Source of the DNA: Macrostomum lignano
Taxonomy: Eukaryota
Length of the DNA stretch: 44,172 nt
Direction of reading: 5' to 3'
Assembly (NCBI GenBank): GCA_002269645.1
Contig: NIVC01004494.1
Location: 1-44,172, forward strand
Shown: piece by piece, positions 20,278-33,189 of the stretch
How positions within the stretch are numbered: position 1 is the first letter of the stretch
Layout of the letters: the number at the start of each line of letters is the position of its first letter
Notes under the pieces: generated by a model
What the model was told of the DNA's origin: nothing
Database searches by the model: none
Seen by the model: only the letters and a program-made list of their open reading frames with translations
Position numbers and translations under genes: made by a program

Positions 20278-21140
20278 ATGGAAGCTATAGCCGAAAGACT
20301 AAATAATATTGTTTCTCACTCTAAGGAGAGCATTCCTATTACAATAACTGGGCGAATTAATGACTCAAACGGGATGTTTGTTGAAAAATTAGAGCAGGCG
20401 ATTCGCCTGGATCCAGGTGCTAATTACCATGTCTATCTTAACGACTTCACTGGTTGGTCAAACGTTCCCAATGTGATGGCAGCAAATAATAAGTTTTATT
20501 ACAAATGGAAAGGTGCAGCAGCAGACCCTGTGGTATTCCATGTGAGCACGCAAAGTGTGGATACCTACAATAACTTTCTAGAAAATGTCTTTACTAAAAG
20601 AGGCCATTTTGAGACACCTGATGCGAGTAAGCCAGAGAAGAAACTGTTCCCTGTCAAACTAACCTATGATCTCACTGTAATGAGAGTGGTCATGCAAGTT
20701 CACAAAGATGCGGAGGTTGAGTTTAAAGATGACACTTGGTATAGGGAACTGGATTCGAGAAGAAAGTTTATAAGGCAGAATCCGCGGCGCGGACCGCCAC
20801 TCAAGCATCGGGGACTGTTAGAATGGTCCGGGAAAGTGTAAGCGGTTTGTTCTTAGCACCCAATATTGCAGACATTGTAAAGGGTTTGAATATTCTAATC
20901 AGAAGCAATCTCAGTCTTGATTGGGTATTTAAGGGAAAACGAACGAATATTTTGTACAACATCTCCAACTCTGTTGCTGGAGGACAGATGGTGGTAGAGA
21001 AACCAAATCCAGTGAAAAGAGTTGTATTGAGTAATAAGGAGATTCACGAGATTGTGCTACAGTTTGAGACTGAAGATGGGATGGGTGTTGATTTTAATGG
21101 GGAAGAGTTTTTATTGACGTTAATCATTGAGAGAATGTAA
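20278..21140 (+). pseudogene. Minor capsid (penton), copy 2, 1-nt frameshift near 20750
   Basis: GGAACTAGGATTC in copy 1 versus GGAACTGGATTC here. Confidence 0.85.
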
Positions 21141-21144
21141 GAAA

Positions 21145-21381
21145 TCACAATTGCCTAATGATTTCTGCAAAGTTATAGTAGCTGTCGTAATCGTTAATGA
21201 CTACTCCATACTTATAAAACCAGTGTCTTTGGAGAGCTAGATTAATATTAGGGACATTGATATCAACGTCGGGCCAATATTTTCTCATGTATTCACTGCA
21301 TTCTAGTTTGCATTGGTACTTGGATTTGTACAATGGATTAGGCTGAGTATAATAAGAACCTGGAGAGACAACTGGAAACAT
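21145..21381 (-). CDS. 78-aa Tyr-rich hypothetical protein, copy 2
   Basis: Homologous to 7348-7587; frame preserved despite substitutions and a one-codon indel. Confidence 0.7.
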   Translation of the reverse strand: MFPVVSPGSYYTQPNPLYKSKYQCKLECSEYMRKYWPDVDINVPNINLALQRHWFYKYGVVINDYDSYYNFAEIIRQL

Positions 21382-21842
21382 TTTTAGAGAAAAAATAGAT
21401 TTTTTTCAATGGGTAAGGACCCTGCGCTGATGATTTAAAGTCTTAGGGATCTGGTTTCGCCGCTTCGGATTGAATGTGTGGAGAAGAATACAGATTATTT
21501 TCAGATTGTTTCGAAGATGCTATGGGTGGATGTCAGTGGATTATGTCTGTGCAGTGAGCATAACAGGTATCAGTGGACACCTGCTCTGATTCTGTCAGGG
21601 ATAATATGGATGGATTTAATGGGATTATGTTCGAAGTTTTCGGAGCAAGTGCGGCCCCTCCCCTTTTTCATGATTCTGTCAAGGATAATATGGATGGATT
21701 TAATGGGATTATGGAGGACGTTTTGTGAGCGAGTGCGACCCCCCCTTTTTTCTGATTCTGTCGGGGATAATATGGATGGATTTAATGGGATTATGGAGGA
21801 CGTGAAAAATTTTGTCCCAAAAGCCCCCTCATGCCTTCTACT
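21382..21842. repeat. Right terminal region of element 2 with 3 x ~84-bp subterminal repeats
   Basis: Units start at 21587, 21671 and 21753; ends CTACT at 21842. Confidence 0.75.
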
Positions 21843-22441
21843 TGCTGACGCTCTTGTCATCTGGTCATCATGGTTATTTTGTCATTTAAGCATTTGAAAA
21901 GCTCCAAATAAAGGGATTGGCGTTGAGAAATCGGGACTCAATGCTTCAGGCTCCATTCTGATTAATAAGTTGGTATCACCTGGTAGCTAGGACGTTTGTT
22001 GTCTATAACTGGCTGGCGGAGCCCACTAAAACCATATTAGGTATACTTTGGTCGTCAAAGTTGCTGCTTTGTTCCGGTGTACGCTCGTAAAAGGCGCAAT
22101 CTGGAAATCATCTACTAGTCTGAGAAACGTAGAATCGTAAGAATTTTACGAATCTTACGTAGAATTGTAGAATCGTAAGAGTCGAAAAATTCGTCCAAGA
22201 ATCATTGTGCTGGCGCTTAACTTTCTACAACTCAGTAGGCTAGTTAGAGTGCAATTAGGGTTCAATAGGCTAAAAAGAGTTTTCATTGTGCGATGAAAAC
22301 GGTACCTAAGCCAAGAAGCGTCCCGGAGTCACTCGTGTCGCCCCAAAATCGTTTCCGACGCGTTGCAGATGACAGGTCGAATAGGAAAGAAGTGGTTCTA
22401 AACAACTCTAAAACGACAAGATTTCACAGTAAAAATCCCCA

Positions 22442-22652
22442 AAAAGTCGCAGAAGCTCTTCAGCGTCGCTGTATAATCTTTAGTGCATCACTTCTAAGTC
22501 GATGAGCATGCGTTTTTTATTCACCCAGAAATGACGATCCAGCAGTCTGTTTAAGGCCGGTAGCGACGACTCTGTAACGGCGTCCAGAACGCCTCAGAAG
22601 TGACGCACTAACGATTCTACAGTGACGCTAAAGAGCTTCTTCTGCGACTTTT
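22442..22652. repeat. Imperfect inverted repeat (foldback/MITE-like remnant)
   Basis: 22442-22478 is the reverse complement of 22613-22652 apart from a 3-nt indel and three mismatches; surrounding GCGAC-rich motifs. Confidence 0.55.
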
Positions 22653-23022
22653 ATGCGACTGCAGAACGCCGCTGAAACGCCGGAAATGTGACTCTGATTC
22701 ATCAAGCGACGCAAATGCGCTTCAAACACAACTCAGCGACTCTAATGCGACTCTAAAACGTCTCAAATACGACTCTATGGCCCCAGAATCGTCATAATGA
22801 TAGTGCGTGTTTTAAATGACTTGTTATTGTGTAAGAAGCGCATTTGTCAATGGTTTGAACACTAACACGGCTAACACGGCTAAAGACCATGCCTTCGCAA
22901 GTAATGCTACGCACAGAATACCTGTGTTATATGATGCTAATTGAGTGCATTTTATTATCAGTTATTGGGATTACATTTTCAGTCAAGTCCAGTTCAATCA
23001 GTCGCGAACCAATTTAGTTACA

Positions 23023-23708
23023 TTAGGATTCTGTTGGAACTAAATCAAATATCTCAATTGCTAGTGGTCCTCCACATTTCTGTCCGTATTGGGCATTCTG
23101 ACATTGCTGGTTACAAAACCTTTTCGCCATCGGATTTCCATTAATTATTTGATTGCCACAGTAGCATCGGTTGCCGTTTGCTAGACCAAATAATTTTCTG
23201 TAGATTTTAAAACAACTTGAAGCACATTCTTTTTGGTTCATGACTTGGAAATTCTTTTTTACTTCTTTATGTAGCACCCTTTCCGTAGGGGACCAAAAAA
23301 AGCATCCTTTTGACGGTGCTGAAATAGCGAAATGGAGCGTGACTCAATAATTCTTTTGGCGGCTCACTTGATATTTACTAGATGACATGTAGTAAGAGCA
23401 TCTCAACTTACCTGGCACCAATGGAATGGTAACACCTGTCACCTTGTAGACGCTCATAACATTCAAACCACCACATCTTGTCTCTTGTTTTCCACTACAT
23501 CTTTGATTGCATCGATAGCGAGGCACTTCAATACTATGGAGTTCGTTTCCACAAAAGCATTGATTTTTGGTTATTCCAAAAAACTTTTGTTCCATAACTT
23601 GACAATTGGGCAAACAGAGATAAGGAGCCATTTTAGTGAAGTTTTGGCTAAAAAATTTTAGCGCCCACTGATCATTAATACGATGCACAAAGCAACCCAC
23701 ATAGTTTT
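23023..23708 (-). CDS. Two-WSC-domain protein, paralog 1 (exons 23708-23412 and 23318-23023; 5' exon unresolved)
   Basis: YVGC...C..NC...FFG...QCFCG...C..RC.G...CGG WSC pattern in each exon; GTAAGT donor and TTTCAG acceptors, phase 1; AATAAA downstream. Confidence 0.8.
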
Positions 23709-24789
23709 CTGAAATGTTTTTATAGATTAGAGACGTATTTACTCAACTGTGTCATATACTTACGCAGTTACATAAAAAACTGCATTTAAACAAACTACTA
23801 AAATCTGACTTAGCCAGCAAAAAAGCGGGAAGAAGACCCAGGCAGTAGACGTCGTCGCGGCTTGCAATTTAATTTAATAGTGCAATAGTGGGTACTTGAT
23901 AATCAGTGGTTTTCAAGCTTTAATACAAAAAGTTGGATGAGTACAAAGAATGGGTAAAAGGGTAAATGGGTAAAAGAAAGCGCAAACTTCAGCATACTAC
24001 CTACGTAAAAATTCGAATATTCATTACGTACGCAGTATAACAACTCATACAAACACTGAGTCTCTCACCATTAGCTACGAAGACTCCCTCAACAGCAACG
24101 AGAAGAATCACACCGAAAGTAATGTACAGCATGATTGCCTTTTGGTTCAATCGTTCAATAAAAAATTATTTCAGCAGCATCGAGGCCTCAACTCTTTTAT
24201 GGAAAAAATTTGAATTTGAATTCTTAAAATTATTTGTCCACGTGGGTGGAACACGTGATAGTTTTACGTTAACAGTGCCACGAAGAAATCGATTTTGAAT
24301 TTAAAATATCACAATTTTTCTCGTAGCTAAGTAACTTTTTCCTATCTCTTCAAATGGCATGTGCATTTCTTTTAGAATATGTAAAGTCACTTCTAATAAA
24401 AAATTCAAATTCCATTCAAATTCCATAAACTTGCATAACGTTGCATGCAGGTTTTTGTAAAATTTTCATTTTAGCAGAGAAAAACAATTCTTAGGATTTT
24501 TTATGACAATCGTATTTGATTGCTTAATACGAGCTAAGATGATTATTATTTCACTTTACTTTTCAAAATCTGTTGTTTTATGTTTATATTTATATTTTAG
24601 CTGAGTAAATACATAACTTTATCTATCAATTTGAAAATTAATTAAAACATTTAAAAACTCAACCACATCTTGAATAGGCCCTGATTGCTTGAATAAAAAT
24701 GTAAAGATCCACAGATTTGTGTAAAAATAGTAAAAGCTTTTTTTACGTCATTAATTTTGCCTCAGCTAGGTGTAGCGACTTCAGTTTTA

Positions 24790-25010
24790 AGGCCACATCG
24801 TCACCTCTAAGTCTTACCTGCTCACAGCCAGTGCACGAGGTGCTCTTCTTGACTCTGCAGGCGACTTACAGGCGAGGACAGACGAGCACTCGACTTTGAA
24901 GTATCTCCTGCACCTGGACACTTGATCCTGGTCCTCACAGGCTGCCATTCCTTCTTCAGCCGTGCAGCTAAGTAGTTGATTGATGATGTAACATCGATCA
25001 GGCCCAAATA
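24790..25010 (+). mobile_element. Non-LTR retrotransposon 3' fragment
   Basis: QPVHEVLFLTLQATYRRGQ matches the tail of the GHIIR-containing fragment at 34166-34456 and the copy at ~32050-32270. Confidence 0.55.
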
Positions 25011-25404
25011 AAGTTTTCATGCATTCCTAAAATCCTCCTAGATATTAGTGCTTCTTTCGTCACCCACGGTTGCAAAGTGGAAACTGGAGTTCAACTAAAG
25101 GCGGTGGAAGGGCAACCTTTTGCGGGCAGACACAACATGTTGCATAGGCTCGCAACACTAAATTCAGCAATTCCTTCGGCAGTGCAGGAGGGAAACTGCA
25201 TCATCAAACAGCTGGAACTAGCCAGGCACGCGATGGACGATAACAATAACGTTCTGCTTCAGGCAAAGCAGAGTAACAGGTTTCAGCAACCGCAGAAACC
25301 GGGGCTTCCTGGAATACGGCGACCTGGGAGTTGTGCAGTTGACCGCAGCAACCTCCTTGTGATGCAGCACTGGATGAAGATGCCAACAGCATCAAAATCC
25401 CACT

Positions 25405-25780
25405 TCAGGTAGCACCAGTCAAAACCAACCGGTCACGCAAAATAGCTGCCGCTCTCACTAGGCAGGCGTCCGTCTCCATGGCAACTGGTCTCCTGCCCGT
25501 GGGCCAAATCTCACGACCTCGCTGCTGCCGCAATGCCACCTTCCACCAGCCGAGGATGCTCTTCAACTGGTCATCCACCGACAGCCGATCCTTTGGGCTT
25601 GACAGGTTGCCGACGCGGTCGATCAGGGCGCGCAGGAACGGCCGGCCGTTGCCGATCACTTGGCAGGCCCAGTTGAACTTGCCCACCAGCTTCTGCAGCT
25701 CATGCTTGGAGATCCACCGCATCGCACAGCACTGATCAAGGCTGACCGCAGCTCTTCCACTTTGGATCCTGCCAAGCTCA
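25405..25780 (-). mobile_element. DIRS/Ngaro-type retrotransposon RT-RNase H fragment
   Basis: ELQKLVGKFNWACQVIGNGRPFLRAL...LGWW...METDAC is the DIRS-like RT connection/RNase H pattern. Confidence 0.7.
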
Positions 25781-26314
25781 TGAGTCCTGAATAAAATTTT
25801 GAATATGGTTAGATTTAGAGTTAGAGTTAGAGTTAGAATTAAGGTTGGTTCAACATGCAAAGTGTGCAATATATTTGATTTAGCGCGTAGGAGCTTCAAG
25901 GGTGAGAGTATGTAAGTGTACAGCAGCATCTGCTATGGCATGGTTTACGCGTACGGTAATTACCAAATAAAGTGCGACAAGCCGTCTTGTATCATCCTCA
26001 TTGTCAATAGAAACAGATAATGTATCGCTTCAACAGTGTCTTGTATTAGGGGACAGACTTGGACAGAGACTTAGATGACGCAACCGACCCATTGCTTCGA
26101 TAGAGAGTTCGTACGGGGCCATGCCTCTATAGAGACATATGTATTGTAGGCTATTGTATAAATACGAGTTATTTCGAAAAAGAAATCTACAGCATATTCA
26201 AACCAGTTATTAATTGGGCTTAAAGGTGCCTTAAAAGTGGCCCTGCTGATTCTGCAATGCCAAAACATCTAATTAAATACTACTCCACACAAAATGATCC
26301 CGAACTCTCCTAAA

Positions 26315-27334
26315 ATGGGGAAAGGCAGAGCTCTATCGCCTGAGTCGTGTAGGAAAATCAAGGCCCTGTTCGACCAAGGAGTTTCCCAGCGTGCCAAAGC
26401 CACGCAGCTGGGAAAGTAGAAAACATGCGTCCAGCAAACACTCAGGCGCCTCAGGAGCACTGGCAGCACAGGCTATGCCTCAAGACCTGACAGGGCACCG
26501 AAAACTGACCACCGACTGGATCGCCGCATTGTGCGAATGTCCGAGTCCAACCGTCGGCTCACCGCTGTGGACATCAGCCGTGAACTTCAGGTGCCCAGTG
26601 GTGTCCAGCTGCACCCCATGACTGTCCGCCGCCGTCTGGTAGCTGCTAGACTGCCGACAACAAAAACCGAAAGCGGCGCTGGAACTAGGCGAAGCAGCAT
26701 GCAAGCTGGACACCCCAGGACTGGGCAAGGACATCTGGAGTGACGAGAGCAAATTTTCCCGCACTGATTCTGATGGTCACCGTTGTGTGCGCCGCCGAGC
26801 TGTTGAGTAATTTGATCCCAGGTGAACCAAATTGGTATCATGAAGCATGGAGGTGGCAATGTCATGGTGTGGGCTGCATTCTCCAGAGTTGGACCTGGGC
26901 CAATAACTCGCATTGAGGGCATCCTGGACAGTCAGAAGTACCGTGACATCCTCAGCAGCCACCTATCAGAGGCAGCAGATGCGCTGCCACTGGGTGCAGT
27001 GAACAACTGGCAGTGGGACAGTTTCAACAGGACAACGATTCAAAGGACACCCCAACCCCCAAGGTTGTGAAGGCATGCATGGCTTGCTGAGAACAACAGC
27101 TGCACCGTGGACTGGCCAGCGCAGTCATCAGATCTCAATCCGACTGACAATCTGTGGAACTGGGTCGAGCGGGACCTACAGAGGCAGCAGCCAACTTCCT
27201 TTGATCAGCTGACCGTATCATTGAGGACTCGTGGGCTGCCATCCTGACAGAAGTGTGCCAGAAGCTGGTGGACAGCATGCCTAGGCGGTTTCAATGCTTT
27301 GATTAACTCAAAAGGACATACTGCAAAGTATTAG
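26315..27334 (+). pseudogene. Tc1/mariner (DD34E) transposase, degraded
   Basis: RIVRMSESNRRLTA...TVRRRL; WSDESKF; KHGGGNVMVWAAFS; QQDND; WPAQSSDLNPTDNLW; ends GHTAKY-stop. Multiple frameshifts. Confidence 0.88.
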
Positions 27335-27352
27335 AGCAGTTTGTTGGATAAC

Positions 27353-29152
27353 TGTCCTGGCCTGGGCTGCGGACCCTCCGCAGCAGGTCCAGTATGCGTT
27401 CTCCCACTGACTAAGCAGCACCGATTGTTTCCCTCACTGACTCACCCGAGTCACCGCTACTGCACGCTCCACATAGCTTCATATGCTACTACGCATCCCC
27501 TGTACGTTTGTGTTCGCGCCATACGTTCGTGTTCGCATATACGGTTCGGGCCTGGATCCGCTCCCAGGCAGAGCTTTGGACGAAACGTCAAGACTTACTT
27601 CTAAGTCATTACAACGGCGACGAGCTCAGCCTTTAGCCGCATTCCGGAGTTATCAAGGGACTCCGACTTCGAGTTTACATCGAGAGACTTGAACAATACT
27701 TCGTATGCGCTGAAGTCACTGCGGAGCCCACCAAAGTGGCCACACTTTGCACTGCCATCGGAGAAACCGCCTACACGGTGTTTCGCAACCTATGTCAGCC
27801 GGACAAGGTTTCAGAAAGGTCATACGACGGCCTAAAGAAAATTCTGCAAGACCATTACGCTCCCGCGCCATCCGAGATCGCCGCACGCTTCAAGTTCCAG
27901 CAGAGAATGCAGTTGCCGGGAGAGGACTTCGCCACCTTCCTGGCAGGGCTGAAGGCAGCCACTCTGCACTGCAACTTCGGCACGGCGCTGGAGGAGAGAC
28001 TGCGAGACCAGGCCGTCTTCGGTCTCAGGAACTCTCAAAGCTGGAAATCTCAAAGCTTACTTACGCCCTGATGGTCGCGACGGTGTCATCGATGGAGGCA
28101 GCGCAGCGCTACGCGAGCGAGATCGCGCTCAGAACGCCGGAGACCGTCGCAGCCATCAGCAAGGAACTGCTGCTGTCCTCGGGCGCGCTCGTGCACTACA
28201 ACCCAGACTTGCCACTGTACCTGGAGTGTGACGACTCGCCATACAGTCTGGGGGTGGTCCTGTCGCACAAGATCGGCGGCCAGGGGCAGGCGATTACCTT
28301 CGCGAGCCGCAGACTGACCCCCGCTCAGCGCAACTAAGCGCAGCTGGACAAAGAGGCGCTCGCCATCATGTTCGGCCTGCACCGGTTCCACCAGTTCCTG
28401 TACGGCAGGCACTTTGTCATCGTGACGGACCACCAGTCCCTACTTGGACTGCTTGGTGAGCGCAAGGCCATCCCGGCACACGCCGCAGCTCGCATGCAGC
28501 GCTGGACCATCCGCTCGCCAGCTTCGACTACAGCCTGGAGCTCAGACCACGGCGCCGCACGGCAACTGCGACTCGCTCTCTCACCTTCCGCTCGGCACCC
28601 AGTTCATCGAGGAGCCAGCTGTGAACTGCCTCCTCATCGACGAAGACGTCGGTTCGGCCCTGACGGCAAAGGTAATCTCGCAGAGGACGCGGACGGACGC
28701 GCAGCTCGGCAGAGTGCTGCTGTGTCTGCAGTCGGGCGCCCGGATCCCAGCTGCAGGGGGCCTCGAAGCGTTCTCTAGCCGACAGCACGAGCTGAACATC
28801 GAGCAGGGCTGCCTGCTTTGGGGGTCCAGAGTCATCGTTCCGTCCGCCCTCCGCTCGAAGGTCCTCAGCGAACTGCACCAGGCCCACCCTGGAGCCAGCC
28901 GCATGCGGGCGCTCGCTCGCAGCTACGTGTGGTGGCCCGGCCTGGACAATGACGTGGAGGACTCCGTCAAGGCGTGCGAAACCTGCCGGCTCAACCAGGC
29001 CGATCCGCCCAAGGCGCCTGTGCACCCGTGGCCCTTCTCATCGGAGCCGTGGTCCCGGCTACACGTCGACTTCGCTGGCCTGTCGACGGCCGCACCTTCC
29101 TGGTGCTTATCAACCCGCACAGTAAGTCAAGACTTACTTTTAAGTCATTACA
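27353..29152 (+). mobile_element. Ty3/gypsy LTR retrotransposon, doubly internally deleted
   Basis: TSD ATAAC (27348-27352, 29153-29157). 5' LTR TGT...ACA at 27353-27613, PBS-like ACGGCGACGAG, Gag (EIAARFKFQQR...ERLRDQ), RNase H (LECDDSPY...EALAI...TDHQ), integrase Zn domain (LHQAH...WWPG...CETC). Only the last 27 bp of the 3' LTR remain (29126-29152). Confidence 0.92.
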
Positions 29153-29805
29153 ATAACAGTGCATTTTCTTTACTTATTTCCCTAGTACACTGTATTCATG
29201 TATGGTCTTATTTCAATGTTAAACCTAAAACTGTGCTTCCCATTCAAATATCAGCTTTTCGAACTGAAAATGGCTGGAAAGTGAACTAAAACACCATACA
29301 AAAATCATAAAATAATATCCCTACAACTTTTAATTCCAATTTAATACTTGAATTTAGCCTAAAGACAAACATGCCAAAAATAACATAATTTTACTTAGTG
29401 GTTTTAATTCATTGTGCGCCACGGTATGTAAGTAGATGTAAAAGTAGACAATACACGAGCGTACATAAAGAAGCAGATATTTAAATTTAGCCGGCTTAGG
29501 ATAGCATCTTGGCAGACTACTTACTTTTTTATGAAAGTAGAATAATATGCGTTTTTGCGACAAAAAATCTTAAAACCCAATTACGAGCCAAGTCTACCTG
29601 CGCATTGCCTCCATTGCCTTTTAGGTAATGATGTCAAGACAGTTGAAATAAGAAATGACGGAGTCAGAATAGTATACAGACTTTAAATAATTGTATTGAA
29701 CGCTGTTAATGGTGTTTGAACTTTTTATTTTATTATCAATTATTGAGATCACATTTTGAGTCCAGTTCAGTTTAGTTAGTTGCGTTCCGGTCAGTTTAGT
29801 TGAAT

Positions 29806-30496
29806 TTAGACCTTTATAAGGACTAAATCGAATATCTCAATTGCAAATGATCCTCCACATTTTAGACCGTATTGGGCATTTTGACATTGCTGGTTACAAT
29901 AATCTTGGGTCAACGCAGTTCCCCTAATTATTTCATTGCCACAGTAGCATCGGTTGCCGTTTGCTAGACCAAATAACTTTGCGCTTTTTTTAAGGCAGCT
30001 TCTGGCACAATTTTCCTGGTTCATGACTGGGAAATTTTCTTTCATTTCAAAATTTAGCACCAGTTCAATGGGGTCCCACATAAAGCATCCCTTTGACGGC
30101 GCTGAAATGGCGAAACATGAGCGAGAAAAAAATTTTGGCGGCTAGCTAACTTGACACTTACTAAATGACATGATGTAGTTAAAAAACTGTTTCACTTACC
30201 TGGCACCAATGGAATGGTAATGCCTGTCACATTGTAGACGCTCATAGCGTTCAAACCACCACATCTTGTCTCTTCTTTTGCACTACATCTTTGATTGCAT
30301 CTGTTTGGTGTAATTTTCAGAGTTAAGAGATCGTTTCCACAATAGCATTTATTTTGGGTTATTCCAAAAAACCTTTTTCCCAAAACTTGACAGTTGGGCA
30401 AACAGAGGTAAGGAGCCATTCTAGTGGATTCTTGACTAAAAAATTTTAGAGCCTCGGATTCACCTCTCTTGTGCACAAAGCAACCTGCATAATGTT
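29806..30496 (-). CDS. Two-WSC-domain protein, paralog 2 (exons 30496-30200 and 30101-29806)
   Basis: Same 297-nt phase-1 exon and splice sites as paralog 1; both exons open. Confidence 0.8.
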
Positions 30497-32049
30497 CTGA
30501 AATGGTTTGATAGATTAGAGACGTATTTAATCAACTTGTTTATAACTCAGTTACAAACTCAGTTACAAACATTTACTAAAAGCTGCCTTAGCCAGCAAAA
30601 AATTGGAATGAAGACCCAGACAGTAGACGTTGTTGGGGCTTGCAATTTGATTGAATAGTGATTGGGGGTACTTGATAACAAGTGATTTCCAAGCTTAAGC
30701 ATAAAGATGAGCATAAAGAAAGAGTAAATAAAAAGGCAAAAAGTTGGACGTCGGGCAGACCAAAAGGGTTCTACACTTTGATCTGTAAACACCCCCTTCC
30801 ACACAAGCTGCTATGTAGAGATAGCTATAATACATTGGGGCCTATTTAACTGATCTACGAGTATTTATGGGCTGGGGCATCAAATGGCTGGGAACTTACT
30901 GATTTGATCTGAAATTAAGGTGGAAATTTATTACTTTTGAAAAACGTAGATTCTCATTACATAAAGTTTACAGGCCACGTGCAAAGCCTCTCTGTATGGC
31001 CCTCGGGCCCTTTAAAACTTCACAATAGCAATCCGGCCCGCCAATATTTATACTCTTCTCTCTAATCTCCTCTCTCTTCCTTTCATCTCCTCGCCTCTCC
31101 TCTTTTCTCTCTTCTTTTATTCATCACTCCTCTCCTGTCGTCTCATTTCTTCTCATTTATTCACTCGCCTCTCTTTTCTCATCCCCCTTCTATCTTCTAT
31201 TTTCTCTCTCCCTCTCCCCCCAGCCCGCAGCCATGCTCTATAGGCTATCTGCCCCTTGAGGTAAAAACGTCAAGATCACGATCTCAGGCGTGATTTGGCT
31301 TATTCAGTACTGACTGAATTCGGCTGAAATTTAGGGCGCAAACTTAGCATTAATTAAAATATAGAATAGCTTCATGTACGTACGAATTATAACAACCAAA
31401 ATCAAAACAGACTCTTACCACCGGCAGCGAAGACGCCCGGAGCAGCAACGAGAATAATCATAGCGAGAGAAAAATACATATTGTTTTTTGCTTGGGATAT
31501 TTTTATTAGACTTTATAGAGTTCGTCGAAAACTTGATTCGGCAGTCTCGTAGGTTTCATTCTTTTATAGAAAAGAATTCCTGAAAATATTTTTCCACGTT
31601 GAATTTAAAAAATTCAACACTCAAATTTTTTCTTGTAATTAATTTAAATGTTTTGACTTTTTTGAGCCTCTCATTTGGAATTTAAAATGCTTTTAGTATA
31701 TACGCTTGCAGTTGAAGTAATCTTGCAATGTAGCTAAAAGCAAATTGCCATTCAAATTCCATTCAAAATTACAAACTTCGGTTTTTCTAAACTTTTCGTT
31801 TTTGAACGACAAATTTTTTATTAGGAATTCTATATTTTTTGCATTACTTAGTTTTAACTTTTTTAGGAAACTTCCGTAATAAACTTTCAACTCATTTTTT
31901 AGCTAAATTATAATTATGTTATTCCCATCTTACATAACAAAAGCATAAAATACCTCTATACCTATACTTATGATAAAGTCATCATTTTTCAAAATCATAG
32001 GTTTTTTTGAAGCTAGGTTCAAGCTTGATTCAGTTGGAGGGCCAATATG

Positions 32050-32270
32050 TCAGCTCTGTGTTGTACTGCTCACAGCCAGTGCACGAGAGGTGCTCTTCCT
32101 GACGCTGCAGACGACTCTCAGCCGATGACAGACGAGCAGTCGGAGCTTTGTCGAATTGGAAGTACCTCTTGCACCTGGATACTTGGCCCGGAAAGCCGCG
32201 GTCGATTCCTCTTCCCTCTTCAAGTATGCAGCTAAAAGTATTGATAATGTAACAGCGGTCAGGCCCCAAT
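32050..32270 (+). mobile_element. Non-LTR retrotransposon 3' fragment, paralogous to 24790-25010
   Basis: Shared CTGCTCACAGCCAGTGCACGAG...GTGCTCTTC.TGAC.CTGCAG sequence at an equivalent position upstream of a WSC gene. Confidence 0.5.
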
Positions 32271-32369
32271 TCAGATCTTCATGCACGCCACAGAATCCTC
32301 GCCCTTGAATCGTAAGCAGCCCATTCAACAAATAAAGTTACATGCCACCTGCAAGATCACCTTAAATCA

Positions 32370-32480
32370 TCTCTTTCTCTCTCTCTCTCTCTCTCTCAGT
32401 CTGACTCACGCCACGAGTGGATGTACAAAGACCCATACTCAGCCTAGGCAGGATCCTGCCCTCTCTCTCTCTCTCTCGGC
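32370..32480. repeat. (CT)n microsatellites
   Basis: Two CT runs are directly visible. Confidence 0.85.
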
Positions 32481-33189
32481 AAGTTGATTCGGTCAGTCTG
32501 GTTCCAACATGCTCTCCCACTCAGATCCACACCAACTCCGGTTAACTGTCCACTGGCTTACTACACAAGTTAGTGCACTTGCTGCTGCTAGTGCACATTT
32601 TATTAACCCCAAAACAATATGCATGTACTGATACGAATAGCATTTAATCAAATGCTAATTTTAGAAAAGTAATACCCCATACTATACTAATTGGGTTAAA
32701 AAACCAAGGGTCCATGAAGAGGAGGGGAACAAAGAAAAAAGATTTTGCTTTAGTGAGCGCGAATGTCGAAAAACTCTACAGTCCGATCTCCTGAAATAGG
32801 CTCTTTTGCTTACGAGCCCTTCACTCAAGTTGATAGTTTGTGCTCGGAACTGCATGTGGCCCATTAAATTCCAATCTAAATCGAACTAAACTAATCTACG
32901 GGTTATGAGTTTTAGATGATCCAAGTCAACATCTATCCAAGGACCACAGGAATATATCTAGTCTAGTAGTCCTTGCTTCTATCTTCTGTATGGTCGAGCA
33001 GCCCCACTTCACGTTACTACCTTAAAACTTGATTTTAAACCAATGAATTGAAAAAGCTGGAGGACTAAAGAGCCGTCAATCACTAAGTGCTACCAATTTG
33101 TTTTTATTTCTAGGAATTTTTGCAAGTCTTCCTGAGTAAACTTCTGAGTAAACTCCCTAAGCCACTTCCTCCCTGAAAAATTAGGCCCA

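Larger units (their letters stand above)
8299..21842. mobile_element. Polinton/Maverick (adintovirus-like) element 2, near-complete, left terminus not found
   Basis: Contains RVE integrase, pPolB, cysteine protease, ATPase, MCP and penton (the full Polinton hallmark set). Right end ...CTTCTACT at 21842. Confidence 0.95.

Noticed and set aside
23709-24000. A specific 5' signal-peptide exon for WSC paralog 1
   Set aside because: The candidate donor at 23763 gives a phase mismatch and is not conserved in paralogs 2 and 3; left unresolved.
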